A DNA stretch of 32,000 nt from Alkanindiges sp. WGS2144 (GTDB lineage Bacteria > Pseudomonadota > Gammaproteobacteria > Pseudomonadales > Moraxellaceae), in assembly GCF_043950625.1 (NCBI RefSeq), contig NZ_CP171007.1, one strand, 5' to 3'. Positions 10,248-18,023 of the stretch are shown one piece after another. Position numbers and translations under genes: made by a program. Each line of letters opens with the position of its first letter. Position 1 is the stretch's first letter. The notes below the pieces were generated by a model. That model did not search any database, was not told the origin of the DNA, and saw only the letters and a program-made list of their open reading frames with translations.

Positions 10248-11330
10248 TTATTTTTTGATAAAACGTGCCGGATCACCTGCGCGTAACTGCCCCACAGGAC
10301 GCCACGGATTATTTTTCCAGTGCCGTTTTTCCAGTTCATCCAGTATCCACCAGTATAATGGAATGATTTTATGGTTTAAAAATGGCAAGCTCAGAGGGTC
10401 AAGGCCTGTCCATAGTAAAAACGGATTACGTCGTGCATACGCCCACACTTCAATCCGGGTAGAAGGTCTCACACTTTTACCTCGTGCATGGAAGCCAAAA
10501 GTATCAGCCACCACCAGCGTATTTTTTGGTACGGCAAATGCCTGCGGTTTTGGCAGGCCTAGTGCGGCCAGCTCAGCCTCCTGAATACGAAACGAACCCC
10601 GTGCACTCATACGATCTGCACTGGCTGCGCCAATTGAGCGTTGATGCTCCCAGGCCAACCGCTCCGGAGTTAAGCGATGCGAACCGGGCACATAGACAAA
10701 TGGCCCTTCATCAATCGCCACATCGGTTAAAAACAGCCATGCCTTTACACTGGAATGAAAAGTATCGCTATGCAGGCTGGTTTGCGGGTCGGGGTTGGCT
10801 TTACGCACCTGGGACAAAATGCTTTGAATATACCAAAGTGGCTGCACCTTGAAGCTGCCAACATAATTAATGAGTTGGTGAAAGTAGGGCTGATTAATGA
10901 GTTGCCGCGCCTGCGGTAGCTTTGCCAGCGCCTGCTCATCCAGCGCAATACGACGGGTGACCGTGTTGCCTTGCAGGGTTTCACGGGCTGGCAGTACCGT
11001 ATTGACTAGTTCGTGTTCGAGCTGTTTAAACTGCTCGGCCGGTAAAAAATTTTCCTTAATAATAAATCCGTTATGCTGGAAAAACCTAGCATCCTCGGGG
11101 CTTAGGTGTTTCGCCAAGCGTGCACGCCGCCTACTGGCCAGATAGGCCGCCAGTTTGACTCGACGCGTATGTAAGCCCGCCTGATTAAACAGCGAATTGC
11201 CAATAACAGGATTATCTAAAAAGGACTTGGCACCAGTAATCACAGCCAGTGTCCATAACGGAGTTTTAAACCAGCCTTTGTCCTGCCGAATGATTTTTTT
11301 ATATTCCTGAACCAGCACGTTAAACTTCAT
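10248..11330 (-). CDS. PhyH-like Fe(II)/2-oxoglutarate-dependent dioxygenase family protein, substrate unknown
   Basis: 360 aa. It has a candidate HxD triad element (SLHSDTF), the GPFVYVPGSHRL motif typical of phytanoyl-CoA-dioxygenase-like proteins, and a distal His (FGFHARG). Its ATG overlaps the gshB stop (TAATG at 11328-11332). Confidence 0.6.
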   Translation of the reverse strand: MKFNVLVQEYKKIIRQDKGWFKTPLWTLAVITGAKSFLDNPVIGNSLFNQAGLHTRRVKLAAYLASRRRARLAKHLSPEDARFFQHNGFIIKENFLPAEQFKQLEHELVNTVLPARETLQGNTVTRRIALDEQALAKLPQARQLINQPYFHQLINYVGSFKVQPLWYIQSILSQVRKANPDPQTSLHSDTFHSSVKAWLFLTDVAIDEGPFVYVPGSHRLTPERLAWEHQRSIGAASADRMSARGSFRIQEAELAALGLPKPQAFAVPKNTLVVADTFGFHARGKSVRPSTRIEVWAYARRNPFLLWTGLDPLSLPFLNHKIIPLYWWILDELEKRHWKNNPWRPVGQLRAGDPARFIKK

Positions 11331-12283
11331 TAACCGCGTCCCTGTTCTAAAACCTTAAACAGCTCATCGGCGATACAAGTACCAAACTGATCATCAATCT
11401 CGCGGATGCAGGTCGGGCTGGTGACGTTTATTTCAGTCACGTATTCGCCAATCACATCCAGCCCAACAAAAATAAGACCTTTTTCACGTAGCACCGGACC
11501 AATTCTGGCAGCTAATTGTTTATCTTTTTCGGTTAACGGTCGTGCTTCACCACGGCCACCGGCTGCCAGATTACCGCGGGTTTCACCAGCTTGTGGAATA
11601 CGCGCCAGACAATACGGTACAGGCTCACCGTTAATCATTAAAATACGCTTGTCGCCATGCACAATTTCGGGAATATAACGCTGCGCCATAATTGGTTGTG
11701 TACCCAGTATGGTCAGCATCTCCAGCGTTGAGCCAACATTAGGGCTGCCTTGCTGCAAACGAAAAATCCCCGTGCCACCCATGCCATCCAGGGGTTTTAC
11801 AATAATATCCTGATGCTGGGCTAAAAACTCACGAATTAGGCGTTGCTGCGAGGTGACCAACGTCGGTACCTGTAGCTCAGGAAACTGGGTGGCAAATAGC
11901 TTTTCATTGCAATCACGTAAAGATTGCGGCTTGTTGACCACCCATGCGCCTTCACGCTCGGCCTGCTCTAAAATATAAGTGGTATATAAAAAGTTCATGT
12001 CAAACGGCGGGTCTTTGCGCATCAAAATGACGTCATAGCTGGCCAGTGATTCACGCTGTTTTTCGCCCAGCGTATAATATTCACCACCACGCTCGGCATA
12101 ATCCTCAAACACATCCAGCGCGGCAATGTTGCCAAAGGCTCTACCCTGATCAATAAATAAATCGGTTTGCAGGGCATAGCCCAAGGTATGTCCACGACGC
12201 TTGGCCGTCCACAGCATGGCCATGGTGGAATCTTTTTTCAGGTTGACGGATTCAATGGGATCCATCACAACAAGAACGCGCAT
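11330..12283 (-). CDS. gshB: Glutathione synthetase (ATP-grasp)
   Basis: From ORF 11330..12364, trimmed to the ATG at 12283. MRVLVVMDPIESVNLKKDSTMAMLW aligns with E. coli GshB MIKLGIVMDPIANINIKKDSSFAMLLE. The upstream 27 codons look like non-coding read-in. Confidence 0.92.
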   Translation of the reverse strand: MRVLVVMDPIESVNLKKDSTMAMLWTAKRRGHTLGYALQTDLFIDQGRAFGNIAALDVFEDYAERGGEYYTLGEKQRESLASYDVILMRKDPPFDMNFLYTTYILEQAEREGAWVVNKPQSLRDCNEKLFATQFPELQVPTLVTSQQRLIREFLAQHQDIIVKPLDGMGGTGIFRLQQGSPNVGSTLEMLTILGTQPIMAQRYIPEIVHGDKRILMINGEPVPYCLARIPQAGETRGNLAAGGRGEARPLTEKDKQLAARIGPVLREKGLIFVGLDVIGEYVTEINVTSPTCIREIDDQFGTCIADELFKVLEQGRG

Positions 12284-12501
12284 TGTTTTTAAACTTAAAT
12301 TTTGAAGATAATGCAGTATAGCTGAGCTTAAGTGTTTTTTTGTTGGGAAGTTTTTATTGTTCAAGTGTCAGGCTAATGAGTAACTTCTTAAAAAAGTATT
12401 TAGGAACCAACTTTTGCTATAGACCCAGCTGGCTGTGGTTCTGTGAAAAGAGCCACTCATGCAGCAGCTCTAGAATTCATTTTTTGAAAAGGTAGACGAC
12501 T

Positions 12502-13149
12502 TTAAACCCCATACTTCTCGCGATAATCCTGCATCCGCGCCAGATCATCACTCCGATTATTTTCCTTTAAATACTCCATCAAATCCTGCATAGTAATTAG
12601 CGCATGTACCGGAATCCTATACTGTTTTTCTACCTCCTGAATGGCTGACAGCTCACCCTTGCCTTTTTCCTGCCGATCCAGCGCCACGAGCACCCCAGCA
12701 ATGGTGGCACCTGCGTTTTGCAAAATATTCACCACTTCACGAATGGCCGTGCCAGCGGTAATTACATCATCCACAATCCACACCTGCTTACCTTTCACAT
12801 CTGCGCCTACCAGCATGCCGCCCTCACCATGATCCTTGGCTTCCTTGCGATTAAAACCCCACGGCACACTCACGCCATGTTGCTGCCATAATGCTGAAGC
12901 AGTTGCCGCAACAAACGGAATACCTTTATACGCTGGGCCAAAAATCACACTCACGCCCTCGCAGCGCATCAGCTTGTCGGCATAACCATTGGCCAGCAGT
13001 GATAACGCCTCACCATCGTTTAATAATCCGGCATTAAAAAAATAAGGGCTAACTCGACCAGATTTTAAAGTAAACTCCCCAAACTTGAGCACGCCACGTT
13101 TTAGTGCCAACTCAATTAAGGCTTGCGGGCTAAAGGGTTGAATCGACAT
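12502..13149 (-). CDS. pyrE: Orotate phosphoribosyltransferase
   Basis: 215 aa. [18 protein letters not shown] and the PRPP-binding motif [16 protein letters not shown] are present. Confidence 0.95.
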   Translation of the reverse strand: MSIQPFSPQALIELALKRGVLKFGEFTLKSGRVSPYFFNAGLLNDGEALSLLANGYADKLMRCEGVSVIFGPAYKGIPFVAATASALWQQHGVSVPWGFNRKEAKDHGEGGMLVGADVKGKQVWIVDDVITAGTAIREVVNILQNAGATIAGVLVALDRQEKGKGELSAIQEVEKQYRIPVHALITMQDLMEYLKENNRSDDLARMQDYREKYGV

Positions 13150-13265
13150 GGCGGTTTCCTGTTAAAACTGAGAGTTAAGGTAAATTAAGGCGCATGATAG
13201 CAAAGCATTTAAACCCAGGTGAGCCAAAAGTGAGTACTCAGCTAAAAATAAGTGCTGAGACAACA

Positions 13266-14048
13266 ATGCTTCGCGTGGTTTCCATTAACTTAAACGGCAT
13301 GCGTTCGGCGGCCAGCAAAGGGTTTTTTGACTGGCTGGAAACTTCGGGCGCTGACATTGTATGCATGCAGGAAACCCGAATCCAGCCGCATCAATGGCTG
13401 GATGAACACAAGCCCGAAGGTTGGCACATGCACCTGCATCCGGCGGAAAAGCCCGGTTATGCTGGCACGGCCATTTATAGCCGCCATCCATTTAGCGGTA
13501 TTAATACTGGCTTGGGCTTTGATATTTGTGATACACAAGGGCGGTTTACTACGGCCGAGTTTGAGACCAATGACGGTAAAAACTTTGTGGTGGCCTCCCT
13601 GTACTTGCCATCCGGTTCTAGTGGCGAAGATGCTCAGGCACGCAAGGATTTATTTTTACAAGAAATGCTGGTGCATTTAAGGCAATGGCGCGAGCAGGGC
13701 AAATCCATCATTATATGTGGTGATTACAACATCGTGCATAAAGAGATTGACATTAAAAACTGGAAAGGTAACCAGAAAAACTCCGGCGTGCTGCCACATG
13801 AGCGGGCTTGGCTGGATACCATTTATGATGCACTGGGCTATGTTGATGCGTTTCGGGTAAAAAACCAAAATGCGCATGAATATTCCTGGTGGTCGAACCG
13901 TGGTCAGGCCTGGGCAAAAAACGTCGGCTGGCGGATTGATTACCACGTAGTATCACCGGATTGGCATGATCGCATCGCTAACGTGAGTATTTACCGGGAT
14001 CAACGCTTTAGTGATCATGCACCGGTAATTATTGATTATTTGTTATAA
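13266..14048 (+). CDS. xthA: Exodeoxyribonuclease III (AP endonuclease family 1)
   Basis: From ORF 13194..14048, trimmed to the ATG at 13266. MLRVVSINLNGMRSA is the canonical family start. Also present are CMQETR, GDYNIVH and the C-terminal SDHAPV. Confidence 0.9.
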   Translation: MLRVVSINLNGMRSAASKGFFDWLETSGADIVCMQETRIQPHQWLDEHKPEGWHMHLHPAEKPGYAGTAIYSRHPFSGINTGLGFDICDTQGRFTTAEFETNDGKNFVVASLYLPSGSSGEDAQARKDLFLQEMLVHLRQWREQGKSIIICGDYNIVHKEIDIKNWKGNQKNSGVLPHERAWLDTIYDALGYVDAFRVKNQNAHEYSWWSNRGQAWAKNVGWRIDYHVVSPDWHDRIANVSIYRDQRFSDHAPVIIDYLL

Positions 14049-14080
14049 CCTGAGCAATAAAGCATGCTTATTTACATCTT

Positions 14081-14098
14081 GTAAGCTTAGGCTTACAA
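14081..14098. promoter_or_regulatory. GacA/UvrY-type upstream activating sequence (TGTAAG-N6-CTTACA)
   Basis: TGTAAGCTTAGGCTTACA is an exact match to both half-sites of the published GacA-box palindrome. It lies about 20 bp upstream of a sigma70-like -35 TTGCAA (14120-14125) and -10 CATTAT (14142-14147). Confidence 0.75.
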
Positions 14099-14151
14099 AG
14101 CGTGACGTTAATTTACTCTTTGCAAACAAACTGAAATATCGCATTATTCTC

Positions 14152-14311
14152 TTACGGCACAGGGAAGTCGGTCAGGATGACCAAAAGGGAAGGACTGCCG
14201 TAGGATGAAAAGGTATTGTAGTGTAGGACATTACAATATTGTATGGAAGCATGACAGGACGTTGCAATTGAGACCCGCACTATCAGGATGATATTAGTGC
14301 GGGTTTTCTCT
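14152..14311 (+). ncRNA. Csr/Rsm-family (RsmY/RsmZ/CsrB-like) CsrA/RsmA-sequestering small RNA; the 5' end is approximate
   Basis: There are nine GGA triplets in about 126 nt (starting at 14163, 14175, 14188, 14192, 14203, 14226, 14245, 14257 and 14286), mostly in an A(N)GGA context. Three of them sit in hairpin loops: GGUC-AGGAU-GACC (14170-14182); a 9-10 bp stem at 14214-14238 with loop UAGGA; and the terminator loop. An outer stem forms at 14153-14159/14196-14202. The segment has no credible ORF, follows the GacA box and promoter, and ends in an intrinsic terminator. Confidence 0.72.
14274..14310 (+). terminator. Intrinsic terminator of the Rsm-like sRNA
   Basis: A 9-bp stem CCCGCACTA (14274-14282) / TAGTGCGGG (14295-14303) has a loop containing AGGA and is followed by TTTTCTC. 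Confidence 0.8.
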
Positions 14312-14365
14312 ATTTATATCCCCCATAATACCTTGTCTTAATCAGCTTGAGATTTTGTTATTGCC

Positions 14366-14713
14366 ATGCTCAAAATTTATGGGATAAAAAACTGCAATAC
14401 CATGAAAAAAGCCTTTGATGCCTTAACCCAGCTCGGCTTGCCTTTTGAATTTCACGATTATAAAAAACAAGGTATTGATTTGGACACCTTACAGCACTGG
14501 GCGGATCAGGTTGGCCTTGATCTATTACTCAATAAAAAAGGAACCACCTGGTGTAAATTTAGCCCCGAACAGCAGGCAGACATTTTATCCAGTTCGGAAA
14601 ACACTTTACAGGCATTAAAAGATAACACCAGCATGATTAAGCGGCCGGTGTTGGTAAAAGATAAACAAATACTGGTGGGTTTTAATGAAGAGGCCTATAC
14701 CAAGCTGGCTTAA
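14366..14713 (+). CDS. yffB: ArsC-family (YffB-like) thioredoxin-fold protein
   Basis: 115 aa. MLKIYGIKNCNTMKKA...FHDYKK...LLNKKGTTW...MIKRPVL parallels E. coli YffB (TLYGIKNCDTIKKA...FHDYR...LLNTRGTTW...IIKRPLL). Confidence 0.85.
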   Translation: MLKIYGIKNCNTMKKAFDALTQLGLPFEFHDYKKQGIDLDTLQHWADQVGLDLLLNKKGTTWCKFSPEQQADILSSSENTLQALKDNTSMIKRPVLVKDKQILVGFNEEAYTKLA

Positions 14714-15606
14714 GCTAGAAAATGCCTTAACTCTCGAATAAATTTAACCGGCTCATCCAGCAGCAATCCATGCCCGGATTTTTCAAACTCGACTACTGTG
14801 GAAGGCTGCATCTTCTCAGCCACCAAACGCTGACCATTGGCATGATATAGCGGCGATTTTTTACCAATAAATACCGTAGCAGGAACCTGCCAGTGCCCTA
14901 ACACCTGCCGGTAATCGTGCTGCCCCCGCATATAGCTCTCAAGGTATAGACGAATATCTTCCAACCGGGATAAGGACACCACATAAGGCATCAGCACCGG
15001 CCAGTACGCCGATAATTTAAATATCTGCCTGATCAACGGTTTGCCAAGCATTTTTTCAAAAATACCGCCTAGAAGTGCGCTAGCCTGCAAACGTACTTCT
15101 AATGGTAACTGTGACAAGGACAAATGATTTTCAAAAGGCGAAATCACGTCAAGCAGCTGCTGAAACCCACTAAACAGTGCAGCTTGCTGCTCACCAAACA
15201 AACCATATGTCCAGTCTGCCCGGTTACCTACGCAAGGTGACTGGTCAATATGCAAATAGCGGCGCACCCTGTTAAATTCCGGGCTACGCTGCAAGTGCAA
15301 CGCAGTGGTGGCTCCCAGCGAATATCCCACTAAATCAAAATTCTTCAGGTCAAAATGCCGTATGACATCTTCAATATCCTGCGCATGGTTTTCAAATACA
15401 TCGATCTGATTAAAACGAATACTGGCTGATTTGCCAGACCCCCGAAAATCCGGCATATAAAACTTAAAATGCCGGATAAATGGCAAAATAAATGGCAACC
15501 ACTGGCTGCTTTGCATACCCAAACCATGCAGCATCAAAACTGGCTGCCCCTGCCCAATAACCCGGACGTATAATTGTTGCTGATCACGTGTACTTATCCG
15601 TGGCAT
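14710..15606 (-). CDS. Alpha/beta-fold hydrolase, substrate unknown
   Basis: 298 aa. PVLMLHGLG is the oxyanion region, GYSLGA the nucleophile elbow (GxSxG), and there is a C-terminal His (KSGHGLLLDEP). The SD AGGGA precedes the ATG at 15606. Confidence 0.8.
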   Translation of the reverse strand: MPRISTRDQQQLYVRVIGQGQPVLMLHGLGMQSSQWLPFILPFIRHFKFYMPDFRGSGKSASIRFNQIDVFENHAQDIEDVIRHFDLKNFDLVGYSLGATTALHLQRSPEFNRVRRYLHIDQSPCVGNRADWTYGLFGEQQAALFSGFQQLLDVISPFENHLSLSQLPLEVRLQASALLGGIFEKMLGKPLIRQIFKLSAYWPVLMPYVVSLSRLEDIRLYLESYMRGQHDYRQVLGHWQVPATVFIGKKSPLYHANGQRLVAEKMQPSTVVEFEKSGHGLLLDEPVKFIRELRHFLA

Positions 15607-15666
15607 TATTTTTTCCCTAAAACTTATTAAGCCTTTGCTTCATTAAGGCCTGATTTTATAAAACAA

Positions 15667-16740
15667 TTATTTGGCCCGATGCAATAAATACGCCCCAATA
15701 CCAAAACAGATCACAATGGGCAACATCACAAACCATACGGGTGACGGTGAATAGACCAGACTGGCATAGCTTAAAAAATCCTGCAAGTAGCGAAAACCCA
15801 GACCAATAAACAAGGCAATGACCAGGCGAAAGCCCATGGATTGCTGACGCAGCGGGCCAAAAATAAACGAGCAGGCAATCACTACTAGCGAGATCAGAGC
15901 AAATGGCGCTGCTATTTTTTGCCAGAATGCCAAAATATAAGGCTTGGGCAATTGCGCATGTTCAGATAGATACTGCATGTATTCCACCAGCTGGCTGGGT
16001 GCGAGATCCTCTGGAGCAACCGTGACAATGCGCACAAAACGTGGCTGTAGGGCCAGATCCATATCTACCGTTTGCTGCTGCATGGCTGTGGCACTACCGT
16101 CTGGATTAATGATGCTTTGCTGCACCTGACTTAACTGCCAATGCTGCCTGTCCGTGTATTCTCCGGTCTGAGCCGTCAGGGTTTGATTGATCCGGTACTT
16201 TTCATCCAGATCAATCATACGGACATGCTTAAGCTGACCCAATGAATTGGCATAGTCCACATAAATATAGCGATTACCTTCACGCGTCCAGTAACCATAT
16301 ACCTCACCAATTTTGGCAGCCTTGCCACTTTGCTTTTGAATAAACTTAGCCTGATCATTAGTATAAGGCAGTACCCACTGGCTCAGCGCGAACGATAGTA
16401 CAATAAGCAGCAAGGCTGGCATGAGCACCCAGCCAACAATACGCCATAGGCTCACGCCCACCGAGCGCATCACAATAATTTCACTATTTGAAGCCAGTGA
16501 ACCCAGACCAATCACGGCCCCCATCAAACCAGCAATCGGCAAGGTGTCATATAAAAATTTGGGCGCTTGCCACAAAATATAGGTCAATGCCTGATATGCC
16601 CCATAACCAGGTTTTAGTTCACCCAGCTCGGCAATATAGGAAAACAGCATTTGTAACAAAAGCAGCAAAAAAGCCGCACCAAGCATGGCAAGGCCTGCGG
16701 TTTTGATCACATGACGGGGCAATAAATTAACATGCATCAT
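15667..16740 (-). CDS. lptG: LPS export ABC transporter permease LptG
   Basis: 357 aa. It is a 6-TM YjgP/YjgQ-family permease with a periplasmic beta-jellyroll middle. Its start overlaps the lptF stop by 4 nt (ATGA), and the paired arrangement is divergent from pepA, as in many gammaproteobacteria. Confidence 0.9.
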   Translation of the reverse strand: MMHVNLLPRHVIKTAGLAMLGAAFLLLLLQMLFSYIAELGELKPGYGAYQALTYILWQAPKFLYDTLPIAGLMGAVIGLGSLASNSEIIVMRSVGVSLWRIVGWVLMPALLLIVLSFALSQWVLPYTNDQAKFIQKQSGKAAKIGEVYGYWTREGNRYIYVDYANSLGQLKHVRMIDLDEKYRINQTLTAQTGEYTDRQHWQLSQVQQSIINPDGSATAMQQQTVDMDLALQPRFVRIVTVAPEDLAPSQLVEYMQYLSEHAQLPKPYILAFWQKIAAPFALISLVVIACSFIFGPLRQQSMGFRLVIALFIGLGFRYLQDFLSYASLVYSPSPVWFVMLPIVICFGIGAYLLHRAK

Positions 16741-17840
16741 GATCTGGCAGCCTCTTTAATCCGCTTGGCAGCCTGCGGGGACAAACGCTGGCGACGCGAC
16801 AATGCCAGCCCAACCACCAGATAAATCGCCAGCACCATGGGATAGCCCCATAAACCCAGTTTGTCCTTGGTAATTCGGGTTTTTACTGCCATCAAGGCCA
16901 CAATCAGGCTGGCAAAAATCATAATAGCCGGAAACAATCGGTAATAACGACCCTGCCGAGGATTCACCTGTGATAGCGGCAAGGCCAGTATAAGCGCCAG
17001 TGCCACCACCCATGGAGCGCTCAGCCGCCAGCCCAGTTCACTTTTAATCACTGGCTCATCCATGCGTTTTTTAAGGGCTGCCATGCTCATGGCTTCTACC
17101 CGCTGGGTCGCCAGCTCCGGGTCACTCTGATGCTCAATACGCAGCCGGTATGTGGCAAATTCGGCATGACTATAAGCCGGCTTGCCAGGAAAAATCTCAT
17201 AACGGCGGCCATTCACCAGATCAACAATACTGGCTGTGTTACTGGGATCAACCACACGGGAGGCACGTTGTGCCAGAATTAAGGTATCAGGCTTGCCGGG
17301 TTTTTCGGCTCGCTCATAAAAGAAAATATCCTGTAGATCACGCCGGTCTTCAGACAGAGAACCAGCATAAATGGTATAACGGCCACTAGACACAAACTCA
17401 CGAGGCTTGACCAGATCAAAGCCGCTACGAATCGCCTGAGTCGCTGTCACCTGATCAAACTTGCGATTGCCCCACGGTGCCAGCTGAATCACCAAAATAG
17501 CCTCAGCCACGACCAGTAGTACCGTCATGGGGATGAGCAATATACCCAAACGGTCACGACTAATCCCGCTACTGTTTAGCACGGCCATTTCATGATCAAC
17601 ATACAGGCGGCCAAACACCAGCATTAAGCCTACAAAAAAGCCCAGCGGCACAATTAAGGTCAAAAACTCCGGCAGGCGAAAAGCGATAATAGTGAATAGC
17701 ACACTGGCATCCAGCCGCCCCTGCGCCGCCACACCAAAGTATTTGATCAGCCGGCCGCCCAGCATAATCAGGGTAAGCAGACCCACTACCACAGCACTCG
17801 TGGACAATACTTGGCGAACCAGATAACGACGTATGATCAA
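16737..17840 (-). CDS. lptF: LPS export ABC transporter permease LptF
   Basis: YjgP/YjgQ-family permease. The ORF track begins at the TTG at 17879. I prefer the TTG at 17840 ((M)IIRRYLVRQVL, compare E. coli MIIIRYLVRE), which has GGATG 6 nt upstream. The start remains uncertain. Confidence 0.85.
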   Translation of the reverse strand: MIIRRYLVRQVLSTSAVVVGLLTLIMLGGRLIKYFGVAAQGRLDASVLFTIIAFRLPEFLTLIVPLGFFVGLMLVFGRLYVDHEMAVLNSSGISRDRLGILLIPMTVLLVVAEAILVIQLAPWGNRKFDQVTATQAIRSGFDLVKPREFVSSGRYTIYAGSLSEDRRDLQDIFFYERAEKPGKPDTLILAQRASRVVDPSNTASIVDLVNGRRYEIFPGKPAYSHAEFATYRLRIEHQSDPELATQRVEAMSMAALKKRMDEPVIKSELGWRLSAPWVVALALILALPLSQVNPRQGRYYRLFPAIMIFASLIVALMAVKTRITKDKLGLWGYPMVLAIYLVVGLALSRRQRLSPQAAKRIKEAARS

Positions 17841-18023
17841 AAGCAGGCATCCACAGTGGCTAGTACAGTATTTAGGCAAACCGCAACACTATTACAAAAC
17901 ACGCAAGTTTAAGGGCTTATCCATTAAAAAAATAGCAGGCAACGTACTAAAATGGTCTATTCAGTCTAGCAGGACAATGGTTTAATGGAAGACTGCTTGA
18001 GCACAATGATATAAGGTTGTTAC

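Noticed and set aside
12284-12364. N-terminal extensions in the ORF track: gshB to 12364, lpxC to 2687, xthA from 13194, M23 peptidase to 1147, MAPEG to 30816, porin 1 to 26672, and lptF to 17879.
   Set aside because: Alignment with well-known family N-termini, or the position of the signal peptide, supports internal starts. The extensions are longest-ORF artefacts, several of them from TTG or GTG codons.
14177-14291. Two mini-ORFs inside the GGA-rich segment: ATG ACC AAA AGG GAA GGA CTG CCG TAG (8 aa, 14177-14203), and a 28-codon ORF MKRYCSVGHYNIVWKHDRTLQLRPALSG (14205-14291) that ends in the terminator loop. They could suggest a leader peptide or a small toxin.
   Set aside because: The ATGs arise from the recurring AGGATGA motif, that is, the GGA sites themselves. 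The peptides have no hydrophobic or regulatory-codon character. The GacA box and GGA-hairpin architecture explain the region better as a non-coding Rsm/Csr RNA.
14150-14311. A riboswitch or attenuator upstream of the yffB-like gene. Fragments such as CACAGGGAAGTCGGT and CAAAAGGGAAGGAC superficially recall cobalamin, c-di-GMP-I or glycine riboswitch cores, and GGTCAGGATGACC...GGAAGGA recalls SRP RNA.
   Set aside because: None of the diagnostic conserved blocks is present (the B12 box, the GEMM tetraloop-receptor pattern, the glycine CACCGAAGGGGCAA-type core, or SRP GGUCCGGAAGGAAGCAGCC). The resemblance comes from GGA richness.
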